Positions 9,357 through 19,026 of a stretch of 64,000 nt of DNA are shown here, piece by piece. Position 1 is the first letter of the stretch. Every line of letters starts with the position of its first letter. The position numbers were made by a program, and so were the translations under genes. This DNA is from Bacilli bacterium. Lineage in GTDB: Bacteria > Bacillota_I > Bacilli_A > RFN20 > CAG-826. The notes beneath the pieces were generated by a model. The model was not told where the DNA came from, did not search any database, and saw only the letters and a list, made by a program, of their open reading frames with translations. The stretch covers positions 6,243 through 70,242 of the forward strand of contig JBGVBY010000003.1 of the NCBI GenBank assembly GCA_045226015.1, in the 5' to 3' direction.

Positions 9357-11552
9357 ATGAAAAAAGTATTCGAATTAGAATTCGAAGGAAAGAAGTTCGT
9401 TGTTGAAACTGGCGAAATTGCTAAGCAAGCAGACGGCGCCGTTTTAGTGAGATTAAACGAAACAGTAGTTCTTTCCACTGCATGTGCCTCTGATTTACCA
9501 AAGGAAGGAGATTTTTTCCCATTAACTGTGGGATATGAAGAAAAACAATACGCTGTTGGTAAAATCCCAGGTTCATTTTTAAGAAGAGAAGGTCGTGCTG
9601 GAGAACATGCTACCTTAACCGCAAGATTAATTGACCGTCCAATTAGACCAATGTTCTCTGAAGGATTCCGTAATGAAGTCCAAATCGTCAACACAGTTAT
9701 GTCTGTTGATTTAGATTGCACCCCAGAAATGAGTGCAATGCTCGGCTCTAGCTTAGCCTTAGGAATTTCTGATATTCCTTTTGATGGTCCTATCGCTGGA
9801 GTTTATGTTGGTAGAGTTGATGGTAAATTCATCATTAACCCAACCGTTGAACAAAAAGCTAAATCTGACATTAACTTAGCAGTTGCTGGTACTAAAGAAG
9901 CTATTAACATGGTTGAAGCCGGTGCTGATCAAGTTAGTGAAGAAGATATGTTAGACGCTTTAATGTTTGGTCATGAAGCTATTAAGAAATTATGCTTATG
10001 GCAAGAAAAGATCATTAAAGAAGTCGGCAAAGAAAAACGTCACATCGATTTATATGTCTGTGATCCAGTCATTGAAAAAGATGTTACCGAAAGAGCGGAA
10101 GCTCGTTTAGTCAAAGCTATTTCTATCTTTGATAAACTCGAAAGACAAGACGCGATTGATGCGATTGAAAACGAGATTATCGATGATTACGACAATAGAA
10201 AATATGAAGACGAAAAAACACATCAAAAGACCTTATCCATGGTTAAGGAAACTCTTGAGAAATTAGTCGCTAAAGAAGTTAGAAGATTAATTACTGATGA
10301 GAAGATTAGACCAGATGGTCGTAAAGTTGATGAAATTCGTCCATTAGACGCTCAAGTTGATTTATTACCAAGAACTCATGGTTCTGCAATGTTTACTAGA
10401 GGTCAAACTCAAGTTATCTCTATTACCACTTTAGGTGCTAAGAGTGACGAACAAATTATTGATAATTTGACTGATGAAGAAACACGTCACTGGATGCATC
10501 ATTATAACTTCCCACCATACTCTGTTGGTGAAGTTGGAAGAATGGGCTCTCCAGGAAGAAGAGAAATCGGCCATGGTGCATTAGGTGAAAGAGCGTTATC
10601 TTACGTTATCCCAAGCGCAGAAGAATTCCCATATACAATTAGAACTGTAGCCGAAGTTGTTGAATCTAATGGTTCCTCTTCTCAAGCTTCTATCTGTGCT
10701 TCATGTATGTCTTTAATGGCTGCTGGTGTCCCAATCAAAGGTATCGTTAGTGGTATTGCTATGGGATTAATCAGTTCTGGACCATTAGATGGTAAACATC
10801 CATACACAATCCTTACTGATATCCAAGGCTTAGAAGATCACTTTGGTGATATGGACTTCAAAGTTGCTGGTACTGAACACGGTATTACCGCTTTACAAAT
10901 GGATATCAAAATCAAAGGTGTCACTAAAGAAGTCTTACGCGAAGCTTTAGCCCAAGCTCATGAAGCAAGAGCTAAGATTCGTGAAGTCATGAAAAAAGCC
11001 ATTGCTGAACCACGTCCAGATGTCGGTAAGTACGCTCCTAAGATGGATACATTCTTCATTGATGTTGACAAGATTAGAGACGTCATCGGTACCGGTGGTA
11101 AAGTCATCAATGACATTATTGCTAAATGTGACAATGTCAAGATTGACATTGAAGATAACGGACAAGTTACTTTATACCACATGGATAGAGAAGTCATTAA
11201 CAAGGCCAAACAAATCATTCTTGATATCGTTAGAGAAGCCAAAGTTGGTGAAGAATTCCTCGGTGAAGTCACACGTGTTGAAGAATATGGTGCCTTCGTC
11301 CACTTATTCGGAAACGTTGAAGGCTTATGTCATGTCTCTCGCTTAGGTTGGGGATTTGTCAATAGAGCTAGCGACGTTGTCAAAGTTGGAGACAAATTAA
11401 GAGTTCGTGTTATCGAAATCGATGACCACGGAAAAGTTAAGGTCTCTGCTAAAGAATTCATGGAAAAACCTGAAGGTGAAGAAGGAAGAAGACTTGAACA
11501 CAACTCTCGTCCTGATAAATCCATCAAGGGTCCACGTAAATTCAGAAAATAA
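9357..11552 (+). CDS. pnp: Polyribonucleotide nucleotidyltransferase (PNPase)
   Basis: The track ORF starts at 9312. Homology-consistent start is the in-frame ATG at 9357 ([31 protein letters not shown]...). Two RNase PH domains plus KH and S1 domains are present. Confidence 0.92.
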   Translation: MKKVFELEFEGKKFVVETGEIAKQADGAVLVRLNETVVLSTACASDLPKEGDFFPLTVGYEEKQYAVGKIPGSFLRREGRAGEHATLTARLIDRPIRPMFSEGFRNEVQIVNTVMSVDLDCTPEMSAMLGSSLALGISDIPFDGPIAGVYVGRVDGKFIINPTVEQKAKSDINLAVAGTKEAINMVEAGADQVSEEDMLDALMFGHEAIKKLCLWQEKIIKEVGKEKRHIDLYVCDPVIEKDVTERAEARLVKAISIFDKLERQDAIDAIENEIIDDYDNRKYEDEKTHQKTLSMVKETLEKLVAKEVRRLITDEKIRPDGRKVDEIRPLDAQVDLLPRTHGSAMFTRGQTQVISITTLGAKSDEQIIDNLTDEETRHWMHHYNFPPYSVGEVGRMGSPGRREIGHGALGERALSYVIPSAEEFPYTIRTVAEVVESNGSSSQASICASCMSLMAAGVPIKGIVSGIAMGLISSGPLDGKHPYTILTDIQGLEDHFGDMDFKVAGTEHGITALQMDIKIKGVTKEVLREALAQAHEARAKIREVMKKAIAEPRPDVGKYAPKMDTFFIDVDKIRDVIGTGGKVINDIIAKCDNVKIDIEDNGQVTLYHMDREVINKAKQIILDIVREAKVGEEFLGEVTRVEEYGAFVHLFGNVEGLCHVSRLGWGFVNRASDVVKVGDKLRVRVIEIDDHGKVKVSAKEFMEKPEGEEGRRLEHNSRPDKSIKGPRKFRK

Positions 11553-11565
11553 GCAAAAACGATAA

Positions 11566-11595
11566 ATAACTCTCGAATTTTCGAGAGTTTTTATT
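11566..11595 (+). terminator. Rho-independent terminator after pnp
   Basis: Hairpin aactctcgaa-ttt-tcgagagtt followed by tttatt. Confidence 0.7.
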
Positions 11596-11606
11596 ATAAT
11601 AAAAGT

Positions 11607-13040
11607 ATGTTAGATGTAATTATTATAGGTGCAGGTGTATCAGGTGCTTTTATCGCCCGTAAACTATCCCGCTATAACCTTGATGTTCTCCTACTAGAAA
11701 GGGAGAGTGATGTAGGAAACGTCACGAGCAATGCGAATAGTGCGATTGTGCATAGTGGATACGATCCTGTTCCTGGAACATTAAAAGCCAAACTTAATGT
11801 TCGCGGAAATCAAATGTTTGACGATATTGCTCGTGAACTCGATGTTCACTTTAATCGTTGTGGCTCTTTAACAGTCGCAACGAATGAAGAGCAACTTCGA
11901 ATGCTTCATGATTTAGAAAATAGAAGCAAAGAAAACGGAGTCCCAGTTAGACTCATTTCTAAAGAAGAACTTTTTGAAATGGAACCAAATATTTCTAAAG
12001 AAGCTTTAGGAGCATTATTAGCACCTACCGCTGGAGTAATTGATCCATTTAATTTAGTGGTTCACTGTGTTGAAAACGCAGTGGATAATGGAGTGAAACT
12101 CCATTTAAGTGAAGAAGTTGTCGATATTTTAGATAAAGGCGAATATTTTATCGTTAAAACCAACAAATCAGAATACGAGAGTAAAGTCGTAATCAACGCG
12201 AGTGGTTTATATAGCGATAAGATAGCCGCGATGGTGGAACCAATTGATTGGAAACTTATTCCTAGAAAAGGTGAATACTTTGTTTTAGACCATTACGATA
12301 TTGGCTTAGTCAATCACACGATTTTCCCTCTTCCAACTGCGAAAGGAAAAGGCGTTCTTGTTTCTATGACTAGTAGCAACAATTATATTGTTGGTCCTAG
12401 TAGTGAACCAATTGACGATGTTGAAGATTTCTCCACTGATGGATTAACTTTAGGTGATATTCGTCGTCAAGCAACAGAACTTGTTCCTACAATTCCATTT
12501 AACCAAGTGATTCGTGTCTTCTCTGGTATAAGACCAACATCTACTAGACATGACTTTATTATTGAACCTGCAAAGAGTAATGAAAGATTTATCAATGTTG
12601 CGGGTATTGAATCTCCTGGACTAGTCTCTTCACCTGCAATCGCAGAATATGTCTATGAGAATTACATTTCTAAATTATTTAATTTAGTAGAAAAAGAAAA
12701 TTACAATCCATGCGTTAGAAAATATCATCGCTTAAATGAAATGAGCGAAGAAGAACGTAATCGCATGATTAAAGAAAACCCAGAATACGGAAAAATCATT
12801 TGTAGCTGTGAGAAAGTCTCTTTAGGAGAGATTAAGGAACTTCTTTCTAGAAGTGTTCCACCTACTACAGTAAAAGGTGTTAAAAGAAGATGCCGCGCTG
12901 GATTTGGTAAGTGTCAAGGTGGATTCTGCTCTCCAATGGTCACTCTTATCTTAGCGAAACATTATGGTCTTTCTCCTTTAGACATCAAATGGGATAAAGA
13001 AAACTCTAATATCCTCAAGGAAGAGGTGAAGAAGTTATGA
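11607..13040 (+). CDS. FAD-dependent oxidoreductase (GlpA/LhgO-like) with C-terminal BFD-like [2Fe-2S]-binding domain
   Basis: 477 aa. N-terminal dinucleotide-binding motif IIGAGVSGAFIARKL. C-terminal Cys cluster CSCEKVSLGEIKE...CRAGFGKCQGGFC is typical of a BFD-like domain. Confidence 0.75.
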   Translation: MLDVIIIGAGVSGAFIARKLSRYNLDVLLLERESDVGNVTSNANSAIVHSGYDPVPGTLKAKLNVRGNQMFDDIARELDVHFNRCGSLTVATNEEQLRMLHDLENRSKENGVPVRLISKEELFEMEPNISKEALGALLAPTAGVIDPFNLVVHCVENAVDNGVKLHLSEEVVDILDKGEYFIVKTNKSEYESKVVINASGLYSDKIAAMVEPIDWKLIPRKGEYFVLDHYDIGLVNHTIFPLPTAKGKGVLVSMTSSNNYIVGPSSEPIDDVEDFSTDGLTLGDIRRQATELVPTIPFNQVIRVFSGIRPTSTRHDFIIEPAKSNERFINVAGIESPGLVSSPAIAEYVYENYISKLFNLVEKENYNPCVRKYHRLNEMSEEERNRMIKENPEYGKIICSCEKVSLGEIKELLSRSVPPTTVKGVKRRCRAGFGKCQGGFCSPMVTLILAKHYGLSPLDIKWDKENSNILKEEVKKL

Positions 13041-14290
13041 TTAAGAAAGATTTAGTAATTATCGGTGGTGGATCCGCTGGTATGGCGGCCGCAATTGAAG
13101 CAAAGAAAAACGGTATTGATGATATCCTTATCCTTGAAAAGGATAGTGTTCTCGGTGGTATCTTAAATCAATGTATTCATAATGGCTTTGGATTAACGGA
13201 ATTCAAAGAAGAATTAACTGGTCCAGAATATCTTTCTAGATTTGCTGATCAAGTTGAAGAACTAGGTATTGAATATAAACTTGATTCCTTGGTTTTAGAT
13301 GTTACTGAAAATAAGGTAGTTACTTACTCTAACGCAAAGGATGGAGTGGTTTTAGTTGAGGCTAAAGCAATCATCTTTGCGACAGGCTGTTATGAAAGAG
13401 GACCTGGAGCGATTCAATTAGCAGGAGATCGCTGTAGCGGTATCATTACCGCTGGAACCGCTCAAAAGTATTTAAATATTCACGGATATCTCGCTGGTAA
13501 ACGTATTGTTATTCTTGGTAGTGGCGATATCGGCTTAATCATGGCAAGAAGAATGACTCTTGAGGGGGCAAAAGTTTTATGTGTCAGTGAACTTATGCCT
13601 TATTCAAACGGATTAAATAGAAACATCGCTCAATGTTTAAATGACTACAACATTCCTCTATATCTTTCCCGTAGTGTTTTACGTGTTGAAGGAAAGAAAG
13701 GTAGGGTAGAAAAAGTTGTATTAGCGTCAGTAGACGATAAGATGAAATTCATCCCAGGAACTGAGATGGAATTTGAATGTGATACGCTTCTACTTTCTGT
13801 TGGACTTGTTCCATATGTGAGTTTACTCGATAAGCTTCATGCGGAGATGAGCACCACTAGAGGAGCGAAAGTTAACGATCAACTTATGACTTCAATTGAT
13901 GGAGTGTTTGCGTGTGGAAATTGTTTACACGTTCATGACGTTGTTGACTTTGTAACTGATGAAGGAAGAGACGCTGGTCGAGGTGCTGCTAATTACATCA
14001 AAGGCTTATCAGAAAAGAAGAAACACATCGCTGTTAAACCTGGAGACGGAGTGTCTTATGTTATTCCTCAATTTATTGAGACTGATTTAAATAATGACAT
14101 TACCTTTAAATTTAGAGTTCGCAGACCAATTCAAAATGTCTTTGTGAACTTTACATCAAACGGAGAACTTGTTCATAAAGTTGTGAAGCCAGTTCTTATT
14201 CCTAGTGAAATGGTAATGATAAAACTTAATAAAGACAAACTCGTTAACGTTAAAGATGAAATAGTCGTATCTTTGGAGGAGAGAAAATAA
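13037..14290 (+). CDS. NAD(P)/FAD-dependent pyridine nucleotide-disulfide family oxidoreductase
   Basis: 417 aa with two Rossmann motifs (VIIGGGSAGMAAA and IVILGSGDIGLIMA). Its start overlaps the upstream stop (ATGA). Confidence 0.75.
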   Translation: MIKKDLVIIGGGSAGMAAAIEAKKNGIDDILILEKDSVLGGILNQCIHNGFGLTEFKEELTGPEYLSRFADQVEELGIEYKLDSLVLDVTENKVVTYSNAKDGVVLVEAKAIIFATGCYERGPGAIQLAGDRCSGIITAGTAQKYLNIHGYLAGKRIVILGSGDIGLIMARRMTLEGAKVLCVSELMPYSNGLNRNIAQCLNDYNIPLYLSRSVLRVEGKKGRVEKVVLASVDDKMKFIPGTEMEFECDTLLLSVGLVPYVSLLDKLHAEMSTTRGAKVNDQLMTSIDGVFACGNCLHVHDVVDFVTDEGRDAGRGAANYIKGLSEKKKHIAVKPGDGVSYVIPQFIETDLNNDITFKFRVRRPIQNVFVNFTSNGELVHKVVKPVLIPSEMVMIKLNKDKLVNVKDEIVVSLEERK

Positions 14291-14631
14291 TGAAAGAATT
14301 TACTTGTATTGTTTGTCCTCGTGGATGTCGATTAAAGATTGACGATAACCTTAACGTTACTGGAAACTCTTGTCCTCGTGGAGCCCAGTACGCGAAAGAT
14401 GAAGTGACCAATCCAAAAAGAATGATTACTTCATTTATGAGGGTTAAAAATAGAGAGAACTGTGTCGTCTCTGTTAAGACTTCAACATCAATTCCAAAAG
14501 GGATGATTTTTGAAGTGATGAATGAAATTAATCGAGTGGGAGTTGACGCTCCTACTCATATCGGTGATATCGCTATTAAAGATGTTTTAGGCACAGGAGC
14601 TGATATCATCATTACAAAAAATATCAAATAA
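14290..14631 (+). CDS. DUF1667 domain protein (Cys-rich small subunit of the oxidoreductase trio)
   Basis: 113 aa with CIVCPRGC...CPRG motifs. Start overlaps the upstream stop (ATAATG). Confidence 0.7.
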   Translation: MKEFTCIVCPRGCRLKIDDNLNVTGNSCPRGAQYAKDEVTNPKRMITSFMRVKNRENCVVSVKTSTSIPKGMIFEVMNEINRVGVDAPTHIGDIAIKDVLGTGADIIITKNIK

Positions 14632-14707
14632 TCTTTTAACTAATTTTTAAATTTGTTAAAATATTAGTACATATTCAGGATAGTCAATATTCTATAAGTG
14701 AGGATCT

Positions 14708-16396
14708 ATGTCAGAAAAGATTAAAGTGTTTGCTTTAGCGGGCCTTGATGAAGACGGCCGTGATTGTTATGTCGTAGAAATTAACGATGATATTTTTGTT
14801 ATTGACGCTGGATTATCTTTGCCTGATAAAACTATCCCTGGAGTTGATTGCTTACTTCCAAACTTTGACTATTTAGTCAAAAACAATAGTCGTATTAGAG
14901 GCTACATTATGACCCACGGTCATGATGAGAGTATTGGAGCGATTCGTTATTTCTATAAATACGCTCCAGCACCAGTCTATTGTACAAAGACCACAATGAC
15001 CATTATGGAAGGTCAACTTGCAATCAACGATCAGCAAAAACTCAAATACGATTTTAGATTAGTTAATCCAAGCGATGACATTATTATTTCTGGTAGAAGA
15101 ATTAGATTCTTCCAAACATGCCATAACGCTGCTAACTCCTTTGGAGTTGCTATCCATACCGAACAAGGTAATATCATCTTTACTGGAGACTATATTATTA
15201 ACTTCGCTACCGAAGAAACAAATTATCAATTTGATTTAGCAGCCGCTAGTGAACTCGCTAAAGAACCAACACTTCTTTTAATGGCGGAATCAAAATCCGC
15301 TGATAAGAAAGGATATTGTTCTCCTAAGCATCGTAGTAGCGATTTAATTGAAAAATATTTCAAGACCAATAAGCGTATCTTTGTTACCTGTTATTGGCAA
15401 AACATGTACCGTATTAGAGAAGTAATTCGTTTAGTGAAGAAATATGGTAAGAAAATTTATTGTTACGATAACTATACTTCCATCATCATGAATCAAATCA
15501 TTGCCGCAACCGGCACTGGTTCAATTGAAGAGAAAGATTTTGTTGGTAAAGAAGACCTTCTCAGAGTGAGAAAAAACGACTTAGTCGTTTTGATGGTGGG
15601 TCAAAATGATGATTTATTTAAAGAGATCAATGCTTTAGTAAGCGGTAATAACGCTGATAAGAGAATTCACATTGATCCTGATGATATTTTCATTAACTTA
15701 GCTATTCCTAGACCAAGCTTTGAAACTTTGTGTACGAGATCCATGGATAACGTTTATCGTACTGGCTGTGAAGTTGTCTGGATTAAAAGCAAAGAAGTCT
15801 CTGCAATGCACGCTAGAGAAGATGACCTTCGCTTCATTTTGAACTTATTTAAACCTAAATATTATTTCCCTGTTAGAGGGCATTACACCAAGATCATGGA
15901 TAACGCTAAACTTGCCGTATCTTTAGGCATTGGTCTTAACCATATGAATGTCTTTGTTTTAGATAACGGCATGCAACTTATTTTCGAAGAAAATAGAAGA
16001 CCAGTTATCTTACCTAACGAAGTAACAGGAGTGGATGTTAGTCCAATTTTAGTTGACGGAAAAGGTGTCACCAAAATTAGTGATGAAATCATTGAAACGC
16101 GTCAAAAGATGGGTGTTGATGGAACAGTTGTCATTGCTTCTACCGTTTCTAAATCACAAAAGAAGATTATTGCGGGCCCAGATTGCCAAATGAGAGGATT
16201 TGTTTTCATTAAAGAAGCTGAGCCATTATTAAAATCGATTACTCAAATCTATGTTGATGAAGTTAACGCTGCATTAACTAGAAACCTTGATTTAGAGCAA
16301 ACCAAGAATACAATTAGAGAAAGAATTAGATGGTTCATCCGTCGAGAAAATGGACGCGAACCGTTTATTGAACCGATAATCCTTATTGAGGAATAA
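14708..16396 (+). CDS. rnj: Ribonuclease J
   Basis: 562 aa with a metallo-beta-lactamase/beta-CASP fold. Motif HGHDESIGA matches the RNase J family HxHxDH signature. Confidence 0.9.
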   Translation: MSEKIKVFALAGLDEDGRDCYVVEINDDIFVIDAGLSLPDKTIPGVDCLLPNFDYLVKNNSRIRGYIMTHGHDESIGAIRYFYKYAPAPVYCTKTTMTIMEGQLAINDQQKLKYDFRLVNPSDDIIISGRRIRFFQTCHNAANSFGVAIHTEQGNIIFTGDYIINFATEETNYQFDLAAASELAKEPTLLLMAESKSADKKGYCSPKHRSSDLIEKYFKTNKRIFVTCYWQNMYRIREVIRLVKKYGKKIYCYDNYTSIIMNQIIAATGTGSIEEKDFVGKEDLLRVRKNDLVVLMVGQNDDLFKEINALVSGNNADKRIHIDPDDIFINLAIPRPSFETLCTRSMDNVYRTGCEVVWIKSKEVSAMHAREDDLRFILNLFKPKYYFPVRGHYTKIMDNAKLAVSLGIGLNHMNVFVLDNGMQLIFEENRRPVILPNEVTGVDVSPILVDGKGVTKISDEIIETRQKMGVDGTVVIASTVSKSQKKIIAGPDCQMRGFVFIKEAEPLLKSITQIYVDEVNAALTRNLDLEQTKNTIRERIRWFIRRENGREPFIEPIILIEE

Positions 16397-16424
16397 AAAG
16401 CACATTAAATTGTGCTTTTTTCTT
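16396..16424 (+). terminator. Rho-independent terminator after rnj
   Basis: Hairpin aaaagcaca-ttaaat-tgtgctttt followed by a T-run. Confidence 0.7.
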
Positions 16425-16462
16425 TCATTTTCCATACGTATACACGTATAATGTATACATAT

Positions 16463-19024
16463 ATGGACAAAAAAGAATTTAAACCAATATCTCCAAGAGT
16501 AGAAAACCTTATTAAAGGTTTATTTTTGGTTTTAATCTCTATTGTCATGGCAATTAACGTTGGTAAAGTTGCTAGAACGATTACATTTGTCCCACTCTAT
16601 TTATTTGGAGCCTCTTATTATTTAATCGCGTTATACGCTTTTATTATGGGTGGCTACCGTATTATCAAGGGAAAGAAATTCAAATTTGTTCATAAGACTT
16701 ATGCGGTTGGCTTGTTCTTATTGTTTTTAGGAATTGTTTTTATCGTTGGTTTTTCTGCATTTAAAAATTCAGGTAAAACATTTGAAACTGATTTTAACGA
16801 CTTGATGAATGGCTATAATTCTCAATTAAGTCTTTATTACAGTGAGAAGTTCATCAATGTATTTGATTCCAACTCCTTATGGGCACCTGGTTTATTAGGT
16901 GTTCTCATAGGAGGACTTGTAGGCATTGATTCCGTTATTTTATTTCTAGGGATAATTTGTTTGGTGCTTGCTTTCATTTGCTTCTTTGGTAGAGCGTTAA
17001 TCTCTAGATCTAAGAAGAAGAGCAAAAAAGAAAAAGTAGTGGTTAACTACGACGAAGATGAAGGTGAGGAAGAAGAAAGAGTTTTAACTCCGATAGAAGA
17101 GCCTGCTGAAGAAGAACTTGAACCAGCGGAAATCTTGCCAGGATATGAAAGCGATCCACGTCCATTTGTTAATGAAAACAGTGGTTTTGATAGAGTCAGT
17201 CATTCTTTAGATGAAGCTTTTTCTAGTAGAAGCGTTATTAGAGAGCAACAATTAAGCGACCAAAATGACTTTGTTCCACTTGGGTTTGCGATGAACGCTA
17301 ATCCATTCCAAACTGTGGAAGCTCCTAAAAAAGAAGAACCGGTTGCTCAATACGTTGAAGAACCCGTTGAAGAAGAGGAAATTAATTTAATTGATTCTCG
17401 TCCAGTGGAAGAAGAACATCAAATTGATAATTCTTTAGTGACCGCTCAACCAGAATTCTTAGAGAGAAGAGAACAAGGAGTTTCTTCTTTAGAAGAAAAA
17501 CCTGTAGAAGTTAAACCTAAAAAGAAGAGAGTGGTGTGGAATCCGCCAAGCCCAGACATCTTGATGACTTATGAAATTGAAGAAGCTAAAGAAAAGAACG
17601 AAAAAGTTGCTGCCGAAAGATTAATTGCCATCAATCAAACCTTACAAAACTTTAAGATTGGTGCGAGATGTGTTGGTTACACAATTGGACCAAGCATTAC
17701 TCGTTTCAACATTGAATATGATCCAGACGTTACCATTAAAAGTGTTGAACGTTTAGAAAGAGAAATATCTGTCAGATTAGGTGGAGTCACTTCTAGATTT
17801 ACCGATATTATTCCAGGAGAATCTTATTCTGGTTTTGAAGTACCTAATGCATGTATTACTACAGTTAGTTTCAAAGAAGTGGTTACCGCTCTTCCTGATG
17901 CGAAAAAGAAACCATTATCTGTAGCCTTTGGTAAGGACATTTCCGGTAATGTAATATTCGCGGATTATAACGAATTCCCACATCTTCTTGTTGCAGGTAC
18001 CACTGGAAGTGGTAAGTCTATTTATGTCCACTCAATTATTTCTACTTTAATCATGAGAATGTCTCCTGATGATTTAAAGATTGTTTTAGTCGATCCTAAG
18101 AAAGTTGAAATGACTAAATATAGAGACATGCCACACTTATTGTGTCCAATTATTACCGAAGCTGAAAAAGCAAAAGTTTGCTTACAAAAGCTAGTTGAAG
18201 AGATGGAACTCCGTTATGAAAAATTTGCGGAGAATCCAGAGATTAGTGATATCAAAGGTTATAACGAATGGGCTAGAGAAAATAATATGGATACGATGCC
18301 ATATATTCTTGCTGTTTTAGATGAATACGCTGATTTAGTGGATAACTGTAAAGAAATCTCACAACCAGTTGTTTCTATTGCTCAAAAAGCAAGAAGTGCT
18401 GGCATTCACTTATTAATCTCCACTCAAAGACCATCCACCAACATTATTACTGGTGTTATTAAAGGCAACTTACCAACTCACGTAGCCTTAATGACTTCTA
18501 GTTATACTGACTCCATGACAATTATTGGAGAAGGTGGTGCTGAAAAACTCCTTGGAAAAGGTGATATGCTCGTTCAATCACCACTAGTTAGTAGAGTGGG
18601 AGTTACTCGTTTACAAGGCTGCTTTATTCAAAATAAAGAAATCGTCCATATCGTTAATTATTTAAAAGAACATTACGAAACGGTTTTTGATGAACGTTTC
18701 TTAGATTTAGTTGATCATTCTAAAGATCCAATGTCTAACGTTTTAGCGCCTGGAGAAGTGGAAAAAGAAAGTTCTGTTGAAGAGGAGAATAAGTATCAAT
18801 CTATCAAGGAATGGGTAATGACCCAAGAATTTGTTTCAATGAGCAAGATTCAAAGAGAGTGTAGCGTTGGTTTTAACCGCGCGGGTAGATTCTTTAATAG
18901 ACTCCAAAAAGAAGGAGTGGTGTCTACAACTCAAGATGGCTCATCCAAGGGATGTCGTGTTTTAGTTCACGATAAATATTATGATGGAGATGACATCGTC
19001 ACAAGTGACGAACTTATAGGATAA
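16463..19024 (+). CDS. ftsK: DNA translocase FtsK/SpoIIIE
   Basis: The track ORF starts at 16412; the likely start is ATG 16463 (MDKKEF...). N-terminal TM helices are followed by an acidic linker and an ATPase domain (GTTGSGKS, DEYADL), with a C-terminal gamma winged-helix domain. Confidence 0.9.
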   Translation: MDKKEFKPISPRVENLIKGLFLVLISIVMAINVGKVARTITFVPLYLFGASYYLIALYAFIMGGYRIIKGKKFKFVHKTYAVGLFLLFLGIVFIVGFSAFKNSGKTFETDFNDLMNGYNSQLSLYYSEKFINVFDSNSLWAPGLLGVLIGGLVGIDSVILFLGIICLVLAFICFFGRALISRSKKKSKKEKVVVNYDEDEGEEEERVLTPIEEPAEEELEPAEILPGYESDPRPFVNENSGFDRVSHSLDEAFSSRSVIREQQLSDQNDFVPLGFAMNANPFQTVEAPKKEEPVAQYVEEPVEEEEINLIDSRPVEEEHQIDNSLVTAQPEFLERREQGVSSLEEKPVEVKPKKKRVVWNPPSPDILMTYEIEEAKEKNEKVAAERLIAINQTLQNFKIGARCVGYTIGPSITRFNIEYDPDVTIKSVERLEREISVRLGGVTSRFTDIIPGESYSGFEVPNACITTVSFKEVVTALPDAKKKPLSVAFGKDISGNVIFADYNEFPHLLVAGTTGSGKSIYVHSIISTLIMRMSPDDLKIVLVDPKKVEMTKYRDMPHLLCPIITEAEKAKVCLQKLVEEMELRYEKFAENPEISDIKGYNEWARENNMDTMPYILAVLDEYADLVDNCKEISQPVVSIAQKARSAGIHLLISTQRPSTNIITGVIKGNLPTHVALMTSSYTDSMTIIGEGGAEKLLGKGDMLVQSPLVSRVGVTRLQGCFIQNKEIVHIVNYLKEHYETVFDERFLDLVDHSKDPMSNVLAPGEVEKESSVEEENKYQSIKEWVMTQEFVSMSKIQRECSVGFNRAGRFFNRLQKEGVVSTTQDGSSKGCRVLVHDKYYDGDDIVTSDELIG

Positions 19025-19026
19025 AT

